Under the pieces are notes generated by a model, which was given only the letters and a program-made list of their open reading frames with translations, did no database searches and was not told where the DNA came from. The translations under genes were made by a program, and so were the position numbers. From Chiloscyllium plagiosum (Eukaryota), in NCBI RefSeq assembly GCF_004010195.1, contig NC_057720.1:10025248-10089247 (forward strand): a DNA stretch of 64,000 bases, written 5' to 3'. Shown here piece after piece: positions 13,593-25,779 of the stretch; position 1 is the first letter of the stretch; every line of letters begins with the position of its first letter.

Positions 13593-13782
13593 CCTGTGCT
13601 GTAACTGCTGACACGACAGTGTAGTAAAAAGTCAGTTCCATTGGCAATCCAAGTGATGTTGGCACAATGTGCCGGATCTCAGCTGCCAGCAAGGGTTTGG
13701 TCCACTGTGTTGTGATTCCTTGCTGAAGCTGATTTATCAGTTTCTTGATGAGGTTGTCCATTCTCCCTTGGTTGCTGATGAG
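13593..13782 (-). CDS. vtg: Vitellogenin exon (~17)
   Basis: 190 nt, cag/gtaaag; LISNQGRMDNLIKKLINQLQQGITTQWTKPLLAAEIRHIVPTSLGLPMELTFYYTVVSAVTAQ. Confidence 0.95.
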
Positions 13783-15077
13783 CTGTGTGAAACAAAAAAA
13801 GGAAAGGAACACAATAAATTTGTTGTGCTGGATCTCCCTGACCTAGATCTTGGAATTCCACCACTCTCCCACATTATCTCAGGGTAAACTGGCAAAAACC
13901 ACAGGCCAAAGGAAAATAGGAGCGAGGTTTGGCCATTGGATATGCCCTGCCATTCAATACAATAGTTCTACCTTAACTCCACTTTCTTGGTCTCGAGACT
14001 CAGGAGCAGGTTGTTCCTTCTGACTTTGGGAATTCCTGCTCGATCCTCCATCCACTCCTTACATGTTAGCCTAAAAGGTCACCCCACTTGCGGAATTTCA
14101 GATCCAGAATACACTGAGGGGGGTGAAGTATGTTTACCTCCCTGGGAAGGGGTTTTGGTTTGGGAAGGAGAGGGAGGGATGTCTACTTTGGCCATGCAGT
14201 GTGAAGAAGTGGCAGGTGACAAAAACAGGATTAGATGGAAAAACTCAACAGGTCTGGCAGCATCTGCGGAGAGAAAGCAGAGTCAATGTTTCACGTCCAG
14301 TGACCCTTCTTCAGAAGTGGTGAGTGATCTTTGCACCTGCCTCCCTACAAAGCACAGCAGGTCAGGCAGTATCTGAGGAGCAGGATGCTGCCTGACCTGC
14401 TGTGCTTTTCCAGCACCACTCTAAGTTAGACTCTGATCTCCAGCATCTGCAGTCCTCACTTTTGCCTCCTTGCAAAGCAGTAGAGTGGGTCATAATATCA
14501 CTTTGGGGATGCACGAAAATAGGAGAATGAGTAGGGTATTCAGCCCCTCAAGCCTACTCAGCCATTCAGTGGGATCATGGTTAATCGATTTTGTGTTTCT
14601 AATTCACATTCACATTGACCCTGCTAACTCTTGATTACCCTGCCTCATTTTGCCACCTCTACATTAAAAATACTCAATGGGTTAGAGCTGTGTCAAATCC
14701 CACGTTGGGACTTCATCAAGTTTTCCAGACCCTGGGGGGTGGTTAGGAATTGGAAATGATCCCATAGTGTTGTGGGTGTGTGACAATCCTGTGCAATTGA
14801 GATGACCTCCTACTGACACTACTAAGTTCATTACTGGGTTTAAAGCAATCAAATCACTACTTATTCAGGAGGTGTTGGGGCAGTGGTCGTGTCACTGAAC
14901 TCGTAACCCAGAGCCCCAGGATAGCACTGGGAGTCATGAGTTCAAATCTCGCCATGGCAAATGGTGAAATTTGAATTCAATGGAAATCTGTAATTATAAA
15001 GCTGGTCTAATGGTAAATCATGTAAAAATCCACTTCTTCCTCACTGATGCAATCCAACTCAGAAGTGTAGTCAATAC

Positions 15078-15197
15078 CTTAATGGCCTCTTGTATATTAT
15101 TTTGGTCAAATTCGACAAAAGCAAGTTCTTGACCAAACAACTTGATGTAGGCAGCTGCCAGGGCTTTTTTTGTGGGTATTGGTTTCCAACCAGGTAC
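15078..15197 (-). CDS. vtg: Vitellogenin exon (~16)
   Basis: 120 nt, tag/gtattg; VPGWKPIPTKKALAAAYIKLFGQELAFVEFDQNNIQEAIK (Y.K.FGQE.AF motif). Confidence 0.95.
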
Positions 15198-15500
15198 CTA
15201 GAAGGCAGCAACAAACAAATGAGAAGAGGAAGATGTGAAAACATGTTATAAAAACAAAATTAGAGAATGGCTGTGTTTCTCAGCAAGGTTAATATTTCTG
15301 CAAGAGCTTTGAGGAGGGGTTTACTCTCTGAACTGTGGTGCACCACATGGCATGTACTTCAATAACTTTCCAATGGCTTCTTGGAATGTATCCCTTAGAG
15401 TTGAGTGTTCAACACCTACCTGCACCAGGGCACAACTGCATGGGAATAACAACACCACCAAGATGCCCTTTGAGTCACAACTGGACATAAATCAGCCTGC

Positions 15501-15994
15501 TTCTGGGTTAGTGGTGCTGGAAGAGCACAGCAGTTCAGGCAGCATCCAAGGAGCAGCGACATCGACGTTTTGGGCAAAAGCCCTTCATCAGGAATAAAGG
15601 CAGTGAGCCTGAAGCGTGGAGAGATAAACTAGAGGAGGGTGGGGGNNNNNNNNNNNNNNNNNNNNNNNNNNNNNNNNNNNNNNNNNNNNNNNNNNNNNNN
15701 NNNNNNNNNNNNNNNNNNNNNNNNNNNNNNNNNNNNNNNNNNNNNNNNNNNNNNNNNNNNNNNNNNNNNNNNNNNNNNNNNNNNNNNNNNNNNNNNNNNN
15801 NNNNNNNNNNNNNNNNNNNNNNNNNNNNNNNNNNNNNNNNNNNNNNNNNNNNNNNNNNNNNNNNNNNNNNNNNNNNNNNNNNNNNNNNNNNNNNNNNNNN
15901 CGCTGCTCCTTGGATGCTGCCTGAACTGCTATGCTCTTCCAGCACCACTAATCTAGAATCTGGTTTCCAGCATCTGCAGTCACTGCTTTTACCT
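15501..15994. mobile_element. Penelope-like insertion with inverted termini spanning an assembly gap
   Basis: About 50-bp inverted repeats flank the N run 15646-15900; 15-bp TSD CATAAATCAGCCTGC at 15486-15500 and 15995-16009. Confidence 0.75.
15646..15900. other. Assembly gap (255 N)
   Basis: Run of N. Confidence 1.
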
Positions 15995-17489
15995 CATAAA
16001 TCAGCCTGCCCTTCATCAACAGCGGTTCAAGACCCTCAAACCTGACAGCACTGCGCGGAATATCTGGGCCAAGTGGTGGTAGCAATTGAAGAAGGATCGT
16101 TAGTACCTTAATTCTCAAGATAGCCAGGGATGGGACTTTCTTAGAGTGCCTGTATCCTGGGAATCAATTAACAATGATGCTGTTGGAGAAGACACCAGTT
16201 GATGCTGTAATTTCAAAAAAGGCCTGAGTCTTAGAGTCATGCAATTACAATGTGATCCCTAAATCAGACAGTACTCTCTTTATGAAGTTTCACGCTGGGA
16301 ACTTGGACTTGGTGAATGTAGCCCCCCAAACACAGTGAAATTCACAGCCGTTAGAAAATAATCAGTCCGATTTGGTGAGTGACTCCAATTTATCCCCCAG
16401 AGTCTGATTTAGACTGAGGTCAGGCAAGACATTATGAGGGAGAACTTGCTTTTACATAGCAGTGTTCATGATCTCTGATCCCCAAAGGGCTCTGCAACCA
16501 ATGGAGACCTTCTGAAATACAGCCACTGGTGCAGTCAGGAAAACACATCCACCAATTTGTGTTCCACAAGCTCCCACAAATGGAAACAATGTTCTAAAAG
16601 CCAGTTCATCTGTTTTCAATCGTGGTGTTGGTCAAGGGGAACAAAAATTGATTGGGATACTCCTCCTCTTTGAAAGAGTGTCAAGGGATTAAATTCTTAT
16701 GTGGAAAAAAAACAGCTTGAAGCATATTAAGTTATTGATGTATAATGCCCACAATTCTCAGTGTGTAAGATAAAGTCACCAGAGAACCATAAGGCTGCTC
16801 TCTCATTAGAGGGAGAGAGAGAGATAATTGGTGATGAGTTTAACCTGAGGACCACTATGCCTCAGGTAAAGGGTAAGGTTGACAAGGAGAGCCATTCATG
16901 GTAATCTTGGTAGGTCTGAGTGCAGCATGAAAAGCACAAATGAGGGTTCATGTTGTTGATCAGCAAACAATTTGTGCCCCTTTATGGGAAACACATAAAG
17001 GTAGAAGCTGCATTGTGGAAGGTTTGTGCTTCACTGTTTTGGCCATTTTAGTGGAAGAGCCTGACAGAAACTAACATTATAGACAGTGCTTCATAGAACC
17101 ATAGAATCCCTACAGTGTGGAAACAGACTATTTACCCCATCGAGTCCACACTGATCCTCCAGAGAATATCCCACCCAGACCCATGCCCTACCCTCTCTCT
17201 GTAGCCCTGCATTTCTCGTGTCTAATCCACCCTGCCTGCACATCCCTGAACACTATGAAGCAATTTAGCATGGCCAATCCATTTAACCTGCACATCCTTG
17301 GACTGTGGGAGGAAACCGGAGCACACGCAGAGAACTTGCAAACTCCTGAATAAGATACCAGATGGTGCCTCAATGCCAGAGAAAGGCTCGCTAGCAAAGG
17401 TCTTCACAATAGGAAGGAAAGAAAAGTTGGGGAGGGGTGGGGGAATGGGGGTGTGGGGTGAGGGAGTTGGGGAAAGGAGTTCTCCTAAC

Positions 17490-17579
17490 CTTCTTCGCTA
17501 TGTGTTCATTGCTATTGCTCCTTGGTCCTCTTCGAAGAGGTTGACTGTGCCTCCACTCTCCCTCTGCTTGGATACCAAT
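17490..17579 (-). CDS. vtg: Vitellogenin exon (~15)
   Basis: 90 nt, aag/gttagg; IGIQAEGEWRHSQPLRRGPRSNSNEHIAKK continues the D.LE.G..AEG motif; phase 0/0. Confidence 0.88.
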
Positions 17580-17671
17580 CTTTAAAAAGACAAGTACAGA
17601 GTTATTATGTTTAGAAACTGAGCTGAAAGCAGTAGGTACACTTCCTTGTCTGTAATTCTTGGTTAAATTAC

Positions 17672-17796
17672 CTCCAGAAAATCTGTGGAAACTCCCAGCC
17701 CTTGAACTTTGATGTTGGCAATGGCAGAACTTGGCAGAATGCTCTCTGACTTCTTCATTAAGTAAATGTTGGCATCAAATCCAGCCAAAAACTTAT
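17672..17796 (-). CDS. vtg: Vitellogenin exon (~14)
   Basis: 125 nt, cag/gtaatt; DKFLAGFDANIYLMKKSESILPSSAIANIKVQGLGVSTDFLE. Confidence 0.93.
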
Positions 17797-19379
17797 CTGC
17801 AGGAATATTTCCAACAGTCATTATTGCATTGTCAACAGCCCTATTAGCAAGTATTAGAAACCTTATCAAAATGCAGCTCTGCATTTCATAACCTAACCAT
17901 ATTATAATTTTTATCGGGCCTCTGATTGACAGAGCAGCTTAAAGTGGAATGGATAATTAATAACTTTTGCCGTTTGTGATTGGGCAGTTTTTGTTTCTCA
18001 TCTCACAATGCTCCTTGGTTAATTATATAGAGATGGACTGAAGCAACAGGTAGATCAGAAAAGATCTTATATCCTTCCCTGCAGGGTTTTAATGAGTGAT
18101 TGAGAGGTTATATTAATTCAGCGGCTTCAATCTTTATTCTCTTATGCTAGCCTACAAATCCCCAGATGTATTGAAGAGAGTCTCACAACTTGCCACATTG
18201 GAATTCACAGCCTTGGGCTGTTCAGCAGCTCAGGCTTGTGGCACTTCCCCAGGTCACCACGGCTGATACCTTGTGGGATTTGTCACCTCAATGAGTAAGT
18301 GGTGTAGAAGAGGTTTGAGATAGTCCAAGACCATCAATCTTTCTTTATCTTTGCTTTTTCTTGGGTCAAGCTCATGGTTATAGAACATAGAACAGTGCAG
18401 CACAGGAACAGGCTCTTCGGCCTACGATGCTGTGCTGGACATGATGCCAATTTAAACTAATCCCTTCTGCCTGCCCTTGGTCCATATCCCTCCATTCCTT
18501 GTATATTCATGTGCTCATCTAAAAGTCCCTTAAAAGCTCCTATTGTATCTGCCTCCACCACCATCCCTGGCAGCAAGTTCCAGACTCCTACCACTCTTTG
18601 TGTAAAAAAGCTTTACCCCTCACAGCATGGTGGCTCAGTGGCTAGCACTGCCGCCTCACAGCACCAGGGACCCAGGTTCGATTCCAGCCTCGGGCGACTG
18701 TGTGTGGAGTTTGCACGTTCTGCCTGTGTCTGCATGGGTTTCCTCCCACAGTCCAAAGATAAAGATTAGGGTAGATTGACCCATGGTGTTCAGGGATGTG
18801 TGGGTGCATTAGTCAGGAGTAAATATAGGGTAGGAGGAATGGGTTACTCTTTGGAGAATCGATGTGGACTTGTTGGGCTGAATGGCCTATTTCCACGCTG
18901 TAGGGGTTTGATACATTCTACCTCCTTTGAAATTTCCTCCTCTCACCTTAAATGCATGCCCCCTAGTTGTTAACAATGCAACTCTGGGCAAAAGGTTCTG
19001 ACCGTCAACATAATCTATGCATCTTATGACTTTATAGACCTCTATCATGTCAGCCTCTGCCACTCCAGAGAACAACTTGAATTTTTCTAACCTCTTCTTC
19101 ACCCTCTCCAAAGCCTCCACATCCTTCCTGTAATGTAGTGACCGGAATTGAATGCAATACTCTCAGTGTGGCCTAACAAAGGTCTTACAAAGCTGCAATA
19201 TGACATCCTGACTCTTGCACTCAATCCCCTGACCAATAAAGGCAAGCATGCCGTATGCCTTCTTTCCCACCCTAGATTAATAGTAGAGGATATACCACCA
19301 TACAGATGAGGCACTGATCTAAAATAACAAGAATATTAGCATTGATTACAAGTACTTTTGGCCAGGCACAATGACTAGG

Positions 19380-20495
19380 ATCTTAGAGAGCTGGTACTGA
19401 CACATCTGCACCCTCAAAAGCTAGAGTAGAACTCCTTGTGTCCACTTATAGTCAGTGGGAAATAGAGGACCAAAGATGTAGAGTACTCACAGAGATGCGT
19501 AAGAGAAATTATCGGCTAATTATATCAGAGGCTTTCAACTGTCCCAACATAAATTGGGATAGTCATGGTGTTAAAGGTTTAGAGGGGAGGTGGATTTCTT
19601 GAAATGTGTCCAGGGGAGGTTTTTGTATCAATACATACAAAGCCCAACAATACTGGATCAGGTTCTGGGGAAAGAAGCCAGAGAAGTGTTTGATATGGCA
19701 GTGGGAGAGCATTTAGATAATGGTGACTCTAACACGGTACAGTTCAAATTTGTGCTGGACAAGGAGAAAGATGGCCTTCAAAAGAAAGCTTTGGATTGGG
19801 AGAAAGCAGATTTTATTAGAATCAAGCAGGACCTGGCTACAATAAATTGGAAACAGCTCCTTGCATTTCAGTGCAGTGGAGCAATGGTAGGCATTCAAAA
19901 AGGAGCTGGGGAGAGTACAGGTCCAACATGTACCTTAGAGGGAAATGTAGGAGCAATAAATTCAGAGAACCCTGGATGTCTAGGCCAATTAAGGACTAGA
20001 GAAGAAAGAACAGAAATGATTTTAGAAAGTCCAAAGAGAGCAAATCAGCTGCGATCCAAGTAGAATACAGAAAATACAGGAGGAAGCTTAAAAAAAAATG
20101 AGAAGAACAAAAAAAAAGAGCATGAACGATGACTCGTGAACAGAATTAGGGAGAATTGTAAAATTGTATAAGTACATTAAAGGGAAGAGATTAATCAGGG
20201 AAAGAATAGGGCCCATTACGGACCAAGGGGGCAACCTGTGTGTGTAAGGTCTCAGGGTATTTGAAGATTACAGAATGAAAACCTCTCTTCAGTCTTCACT
20301 CAGGATAAGGAGAAAGTAGGTATGGAATTCAGGAAAAAGGACTGTGAGGAATTTGCCCAGTTTGACATGGGAAATGGGGAGGAGTTGGAGGCTCTGTCAG
20401 GCTTTAAAAGACAAATCCCCTGCCCGGATAAATTGCATCCCAGGCTGCTGTGGGAGGCGAGGCCGGAAATTACAGCAGCTCTGATACAAATGTCT
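19380..20495 (+). mobile_element. Decayed CR1-clade LINE, endonuclease/linker region
   Basis: FLKCVQGRFLYQYI, LDQVLG..GEHL..GD, WEKADF and PDKLHPRLLWEA remnants. Confidence 0.75.
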
Positions 20496-21052
20496 TCTGG
20501 AAAACTAAATACAGTACATCCTTCAGGGTTCCTTTATCCACAGTGCATGTTTCCTCATCAAAGAACTGCAATAGATTTCTCTTTCACAAAACCATGTTGA
20601 CTTTGCCTGGTGACCTTGAACTATGCAAATGCTCAGATACATATTCTTTAATAATAGCTTCCAACAATTTCCTTTTAGAGAGTGAGGTCATGTTTTGAAG
20701 CATTGTAATGTAGGAATGTGTTGCAGGAAATCGGACAACCAATGCTTGCACAGCAAGGATAGGACCATCTGCTTGTTCTGTCATATTGGTTCAGCAACAG
20801 ATAATGGCCAGAACACAGGAATTACCTTTCCTGCTCTACTTTGAAATAAAGCCATGGGTTTTTCATATTGACCTGATAGGGCAGGCACCTCGATTGAGTG
20901 GCTAATTCGAAAGATGACACCTCCAACCATGTCACACACTTACACTGAGGCTGTCACACTGGATTATGATTTATTTTCTCTTTCTTTTTCTGTTAAGTCT
21001 TTCCTGAGGAAGGGAAAACATTACGGAGCAACAGATTGTAGTCCCTCCTTAC

Positions 21053-21150
21053 CGTTAAATGTTCCAAAATGTAAGCCTTTGCTGTATCGATAACTGAGCG
21101 AATCACACTTTTGGTTCAAATGTTTGATGGCGATGTTACAACTTGCAGCC
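21053..21150 (-). CDS. vtg: Vitellogenin exon (~13)
   Basis: 98 nt, tag/gtaagg; AASCNIAIKHLNQKCDSLSYRYSKGLHFGTFN; phases 2 and 1 fit both neighbours. Confidence 0.94.
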
Positions 21151-21229
21151 CTATGAAAAGTAGCTGGGTTAGCAATTGTTTTAGCTGACCTGCATGCTGC
21201 TCAATCCTTCATGATCTCTTCATACTCAC

Positions 21230-21447
21230 AGTGACTGAAGTTCGAGGACTGATGACCCTGCCAGAGACTTCATGTAGGAATAACCAAAACTGGCCAATTG
21301 CAAGTTAGTCTCTCTGAGCAGCGAGTCAGTCACTGTTGCAATTAAAGCCAAGGATGGTTTGGTTTCCAGCAAGACAATAAAAGCTTTCATTCGTACTTCA
21401 GCCTGGACCTTTCTGTTCATAAATAACTGAAGAGTGAGGGCTTGAAC
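21230..21447 (-). CDS. vtg: Vitellogenin exon (~12; numbering assumes five unseen exons)
   Basis: 218 nt, cag/gtgagt; VQALTLQLFMNRKVQAEVRMKAFIVLLETKPSLALIATVTDSLLRETNLQLASFGYSYMKSLAGSSVLELQSL. Confidence 0.95.
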
Positions 21448-22649
21448 CTGCATAAGAGATGGTTGCAGAGTTAGGTCTGCTGCACAGAAGCTTTGAACTT
21501 AGGTGCAGGATTTGGTTCATTGAGGCTGTTTACAAACTTGATCACACAGATGGAAAGAAACAGGAAGACTTAGAACACAGAAAATAAAATATAGAACTGT
21601 ACGGCACAGGAACGGGCCCTTCAGCCCATGATGTTGTGCTGAACATGACGCCAAATTAAACTAATCCCTTCTGCCTTCCCTTTGTCCATATCCTTCCATT
21701 CCTTGCTTATTCATGTGCTTATCCAAAAGTCCCTTAAAGGCCGCTATTGTATCTACCTCCACCATTATCCCTGACAGCATGTTCTAGACTCCGACCACTC
21801 TCTGCCCCTCCCCCTCTCACCTGAAATGCGTGCCCCCTAGTTTTAGACATTTCAACTCTGGGAATAAGAGTCTGACCCCATTAGCCCTATCTGCGCAACT
21901 TGTAATTTTATAGATTTCTATCAAGTCTCCCTTCAGCCTCCACTGCTCCAGTGAGTTTTTTTAGCCTCTCCTTAAAGCTCACTGCATTTATATAGTGCCT
22001 TTCCCTCAACAGGATGCACCAAAGCACTTCACAGCTAAATTTAGTGCTTTCTGAAGTGGGTCATTGTTGTAACAGAATGAATTGGCTAATTCATGTACAG
22101 AATGATCCCACAAGCAGCAATGAAATCACCATTCTTTTAAAAATGATTGTGGTTGAGGGAAAAATATTGACCAGGGAAAATCAAGAAACATTCCTGTCCT
22201 TCACTGAAGTTATGTTTTTTAAGTGTCCCTGAGAGGGCACTTGAGTCTCTGTTTAGTATTTTGCCTGACCCCCCCCCTCCTCCCCCAACCATGCAGCACG
22301 CCCTCAGTGCAGGGAAGGCTACAACATGATTGCAGGCAACAAAGGGCTGTGCTGATTGGAGGAAGGTTTGCAAAGCTTGGGCCTTGTTCTCTTTAGGACA
22401 GGTTTTAGCCTGGATCTGAGTTTGTGGCTCACCCCTGAGACAGTGCATTGCTGAAGCTGGACATATTGAAGTTGGAGATTGGATCTTTTCTGCACATTCA
22501 GGATTAGCTGCTAAGCTCAACCTACTCCGTGAAAGTACTGCAGAGACTGGAAACCTGAAGCAAAGATAAGGCTGGAGAAATTCAGCAGGCATGGCAGCAT
22601 TAGTGGAGAGGGAAACAGAGTTAACATTCTGAGTCCAGTATGACTCTTA

Positions 22650-24770
22650 GGGTCGTGGAATCATTCAGCATGGGAACAGACCCTTCGGTCCAACTTGTCC
22701 ATGCCAACCAAGTTTCCCAAGCTAAACAAGTCCTATCTGCTTGTGTTTGGTCCATATCCCTCTAAACCTTTCCTATTCCAAAAGTCTTCTAAATGTTGTA
22801 ACCATACCTGCATCTACCACATCCTCTGGCAGTTCATTCCACATACGTACCATCCCCTGCATGAAAACGTTGCCCCTTAGGTCTCTTTTATATCTTTCCC
22901 CTCTCACCCTAAACCTATGCCCTCTAGTTCTGGACTTCCCCCACCCCAGGGAAAAGACTTTGTCTATTTACCTTATCCATGACCCTCATAATTTTATAAA
23001 CGTCTATAAGGTCACCTCTCAAACTCCGACGCTCCAGGGAAAACAGCCCTAGCCTATTCAGCCTCTCCTTATAGCTCAAATCCTCCAACCCTGGCAGCAT
23101 CCTTGGTAGATCTTTTCTGAAGCCTTTCAATTTACACTCCCTAGGACTTTACCATTAAGTGTATAAGTCCTGCTAAGATTTGATTTCCCAAAATGCAGCA
23201 CCTCACATTTATCTGAATTAAACTCCATCTGCCACTTCTCGGCCCCATTGGCCCATCCTGTTATAATCTGAGGTAACCTTCTTCACTGTCCACTACACCT
23301 CCAATTTTGGTGTCGTCAGCAAACTTACTAACTGTACCTCTTATGCTCACATCCAAATCATTTATATAAATGATGAAAAGTAGAGGGTCAGCACCGATCC
23401 TTGTGGCACTCCCCTGGTCACAGGCCTCCAGTCTGAAAAACAACGCTCCACCACCACCATCTGTCTTCTACCTTTGAGCCTGTTCTGTATCCAAATGGTG
23501 AATTCTCCCTGTATTCTATGAGATCTAACCTTGCTCACCAGTGTCTCATGGGGAACCTTGTTGAATGCCTTACTGAAGTCCATATAGATCACATCTACCA
23601 CTCTGCCCTCATCAATCCTCTTTGTTGCTTCTTCAAAAAACTCAATCAAGTTTTGTATGACATGCTTTCCCATACATAAAGCCATGTTGACTATCTCTAA
23701 TCAGTCCTTGTCTTTCCAAATATATGTACATCCTGTCCCTCAAAATCCCCTCCAGCCAACTTGCCCACCACTGACGTCACTGACGTCAGGCTCACCAGTC
23801 CATAGTTCCCTGGCTTGTCCTTATCACCTTTCTTAAACAGTGGCAGCACGTTAGTCAATCCCCAGTCTTCCGGCACCTCACCTGTGACTATTTGCCAGCA
23901 CCTGGCTCATATCCCTCTAAACTCTTCCGATTCATATACCCATCCAGATGTCTTTTAAATGCAGTAATTTGCACCAGCCTACACCACTTCCTTTGGCAGC
24001 TCACTCCATACTTGTAGCACCCTCTGCGTGAAAATGTTGCCCCTTAGGTCTCTTTTAAATTTTGCCCCTCTCACCTTAAACCTATGCCCTCTAGTTTTGG
24101 ACTCCCCCACCACAGGGAAAAGACTTTGTCTATTTATCCAATCCATGCCCCTCATAATTTTATATACTTCACCTCTCACTTTCAAAATATGTTTCCTTGT
24201 TTTGAGTCCTGGGGAAATGACCTCTGCTATACATCTTATCTACGCCCTTCCTGATTTTATAAACCTCTATAAGATCATCCCTCAACCTCCAATGTTCTAG
24301 TTTAGTCCTAGCCTGTCCAGCTTCTGCTTATAACTCAAACCCTTCTGTCCCGATAACATCCTTGTAAATCTTTTCTGCACCTTCTCCAATTTAATAATAT
24401 CCCTTCTATAACAGGCTGACCAGAACTGTACACAGTTCTCCAAAAGTGGCCTGACCAGTGTCCTGTACAGTCTCAATGTGTCATCCCAACTCCATACTCA
24501 AAGGTCTAAGCAATGAAGGCAAGTGTGCTAAATGCCTTCTTAACCCCCCTTTCGACTTGTGTTGCAAATGACAAAGAACAATGTCGCTGAACCTCTAGGT
24601 CTCTCTGTTCAACTTCATTCTCGAGGGCCTACCATTCACTGTATAAGTCCTGCCCTTGTTCGACTTACCAAAGTTCAAAACCTCACATTTATTTAAAGTA
24701 AACTCTATCTGCTGCTCCTTTGCCCATTGGCCCAATTGATAAAGATCCCTTTGTAATCTTAGGTAACCTT
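22650..24770 (-). mobile_element. Cluster of CR1-clade LINE fragments
   Basis: YMDFSKAFNKVPH, KFADDTKIGG and LERRSLRGDLI; several tandem 3' ends. Confidence 0.88.
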
Positions 24771-25270
24771 NNNNNNNNNNNNNNNNNNNNNNNNNNNNNN
24801 NNNNNNNNNNNNNNNNNNNNNNNNNNNNNNNNNNNNNNNNNNNNNNNNNNNNNNNNNNNNNNNNNNNNNNNNNNNNNNNNNNNNNNNNNNNNNNNNNNNN
24901 NNNNNNNNNNNNNNNNNNNNNNNNNNNNNNNNNNNNNNNNNNNNNNNNNNNNNNNNNNNNNNNNNNNNNNNNNNNNNNNNNNNNNNNNNNNNNNNNNNNN
25001 NNNNNNNNNNNNNNNNNNNNNNNNNNNNNNNNNNNNNNNNNNNNNNNNNNNNNNNNNNNNNNNNNNNNNNNNNNNNNNNNNNNNNNNNNNNNNNNNNNNN
25101 NNNNNNNNNNNNNNNNNNNNNNNNNNNNNNNNNNNNNNNNNNNNNNNNNNNNNNNNNNNNNNNNNNNNNNNNNNNNNNNNNNNNNNNNNNNNNNNNNNNN
25201 NNNNNNNNNNNNNNNNNNNNNNNNNNNNNNNNNNNNNNNNNNNNNNNNNNNNNNNNNNNNNNNNNNNNNN
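24771..25270. other. Assembly gap (500 N)
   Basis: Run of N; the round size suggests a placeholder. Confidence 1.
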
Positions 25271-25546
25271 CTACAGTAATTTGTTATTGCTTTCTGTAGA
25301 ATGGCTGACAAGCAAACTTCCCTCCAAACACCAGCTGCTATCAAGAAAATTCTTAGGAGTCATAGTGGTCATTCAGTCACATTATGACGAAGGGTCATCT
25401 AGACTTGAAACGTTAGCTTGCTCTGTCTCCATGGATGCTGCCTGAGCTGCTGTGATCTCCAGCATTTTTTGATTTCAGTACCAAATGTACACTTTCAAAG
25501 TTCAGGACTTGGCTCAGACATTTGTAGATGCAAGAAGAGGAATTAC

Positions 25547-25695
25547 CTTGATTCTGTGCTGGCAGCACCATCAAGTTCATTAAACGGTGTGAACTGATGT
25601 GTCTCTTTACTTACAACTTCTATTATCACTGCTCCGTCTTCGGTACCTTTTATGGCATAGGAGTAGGTGGAGACACTCCGCAGGTTCCTGCCTTT
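25547..25695 (-). CDS. vtg: Vitellogenin exon 6
   Basis: 149 nt, tag/gtaatt; KGRNLRSVSTYSYAIKGTEDGAVIIEVVSKETHQFTPFNELDGAASTES-R; ends in phase 2. Confidence 0.95.
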
Positions 25696-25779
25696 CTACA
25701 TTATAATACAACAAGAGAATATCTGATTATAGCTGCCTTTTCTGAAATTTCTTTGCATTTGCATAAGGTTAACATAAAA

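Noticed and set aside
22137..22592. 151-aa ORF as a possible missing vtg exon
   Set aside because: No recognisable Vtg motif, and it starts inside a repeat fragment.
25271..25300. Possible exon 7 splice acceptor (ctgtag on minus) right at the gap edge
   Set aside because: No polypyrimidine tract, and the downstream bases are N, so it cannot be supported.
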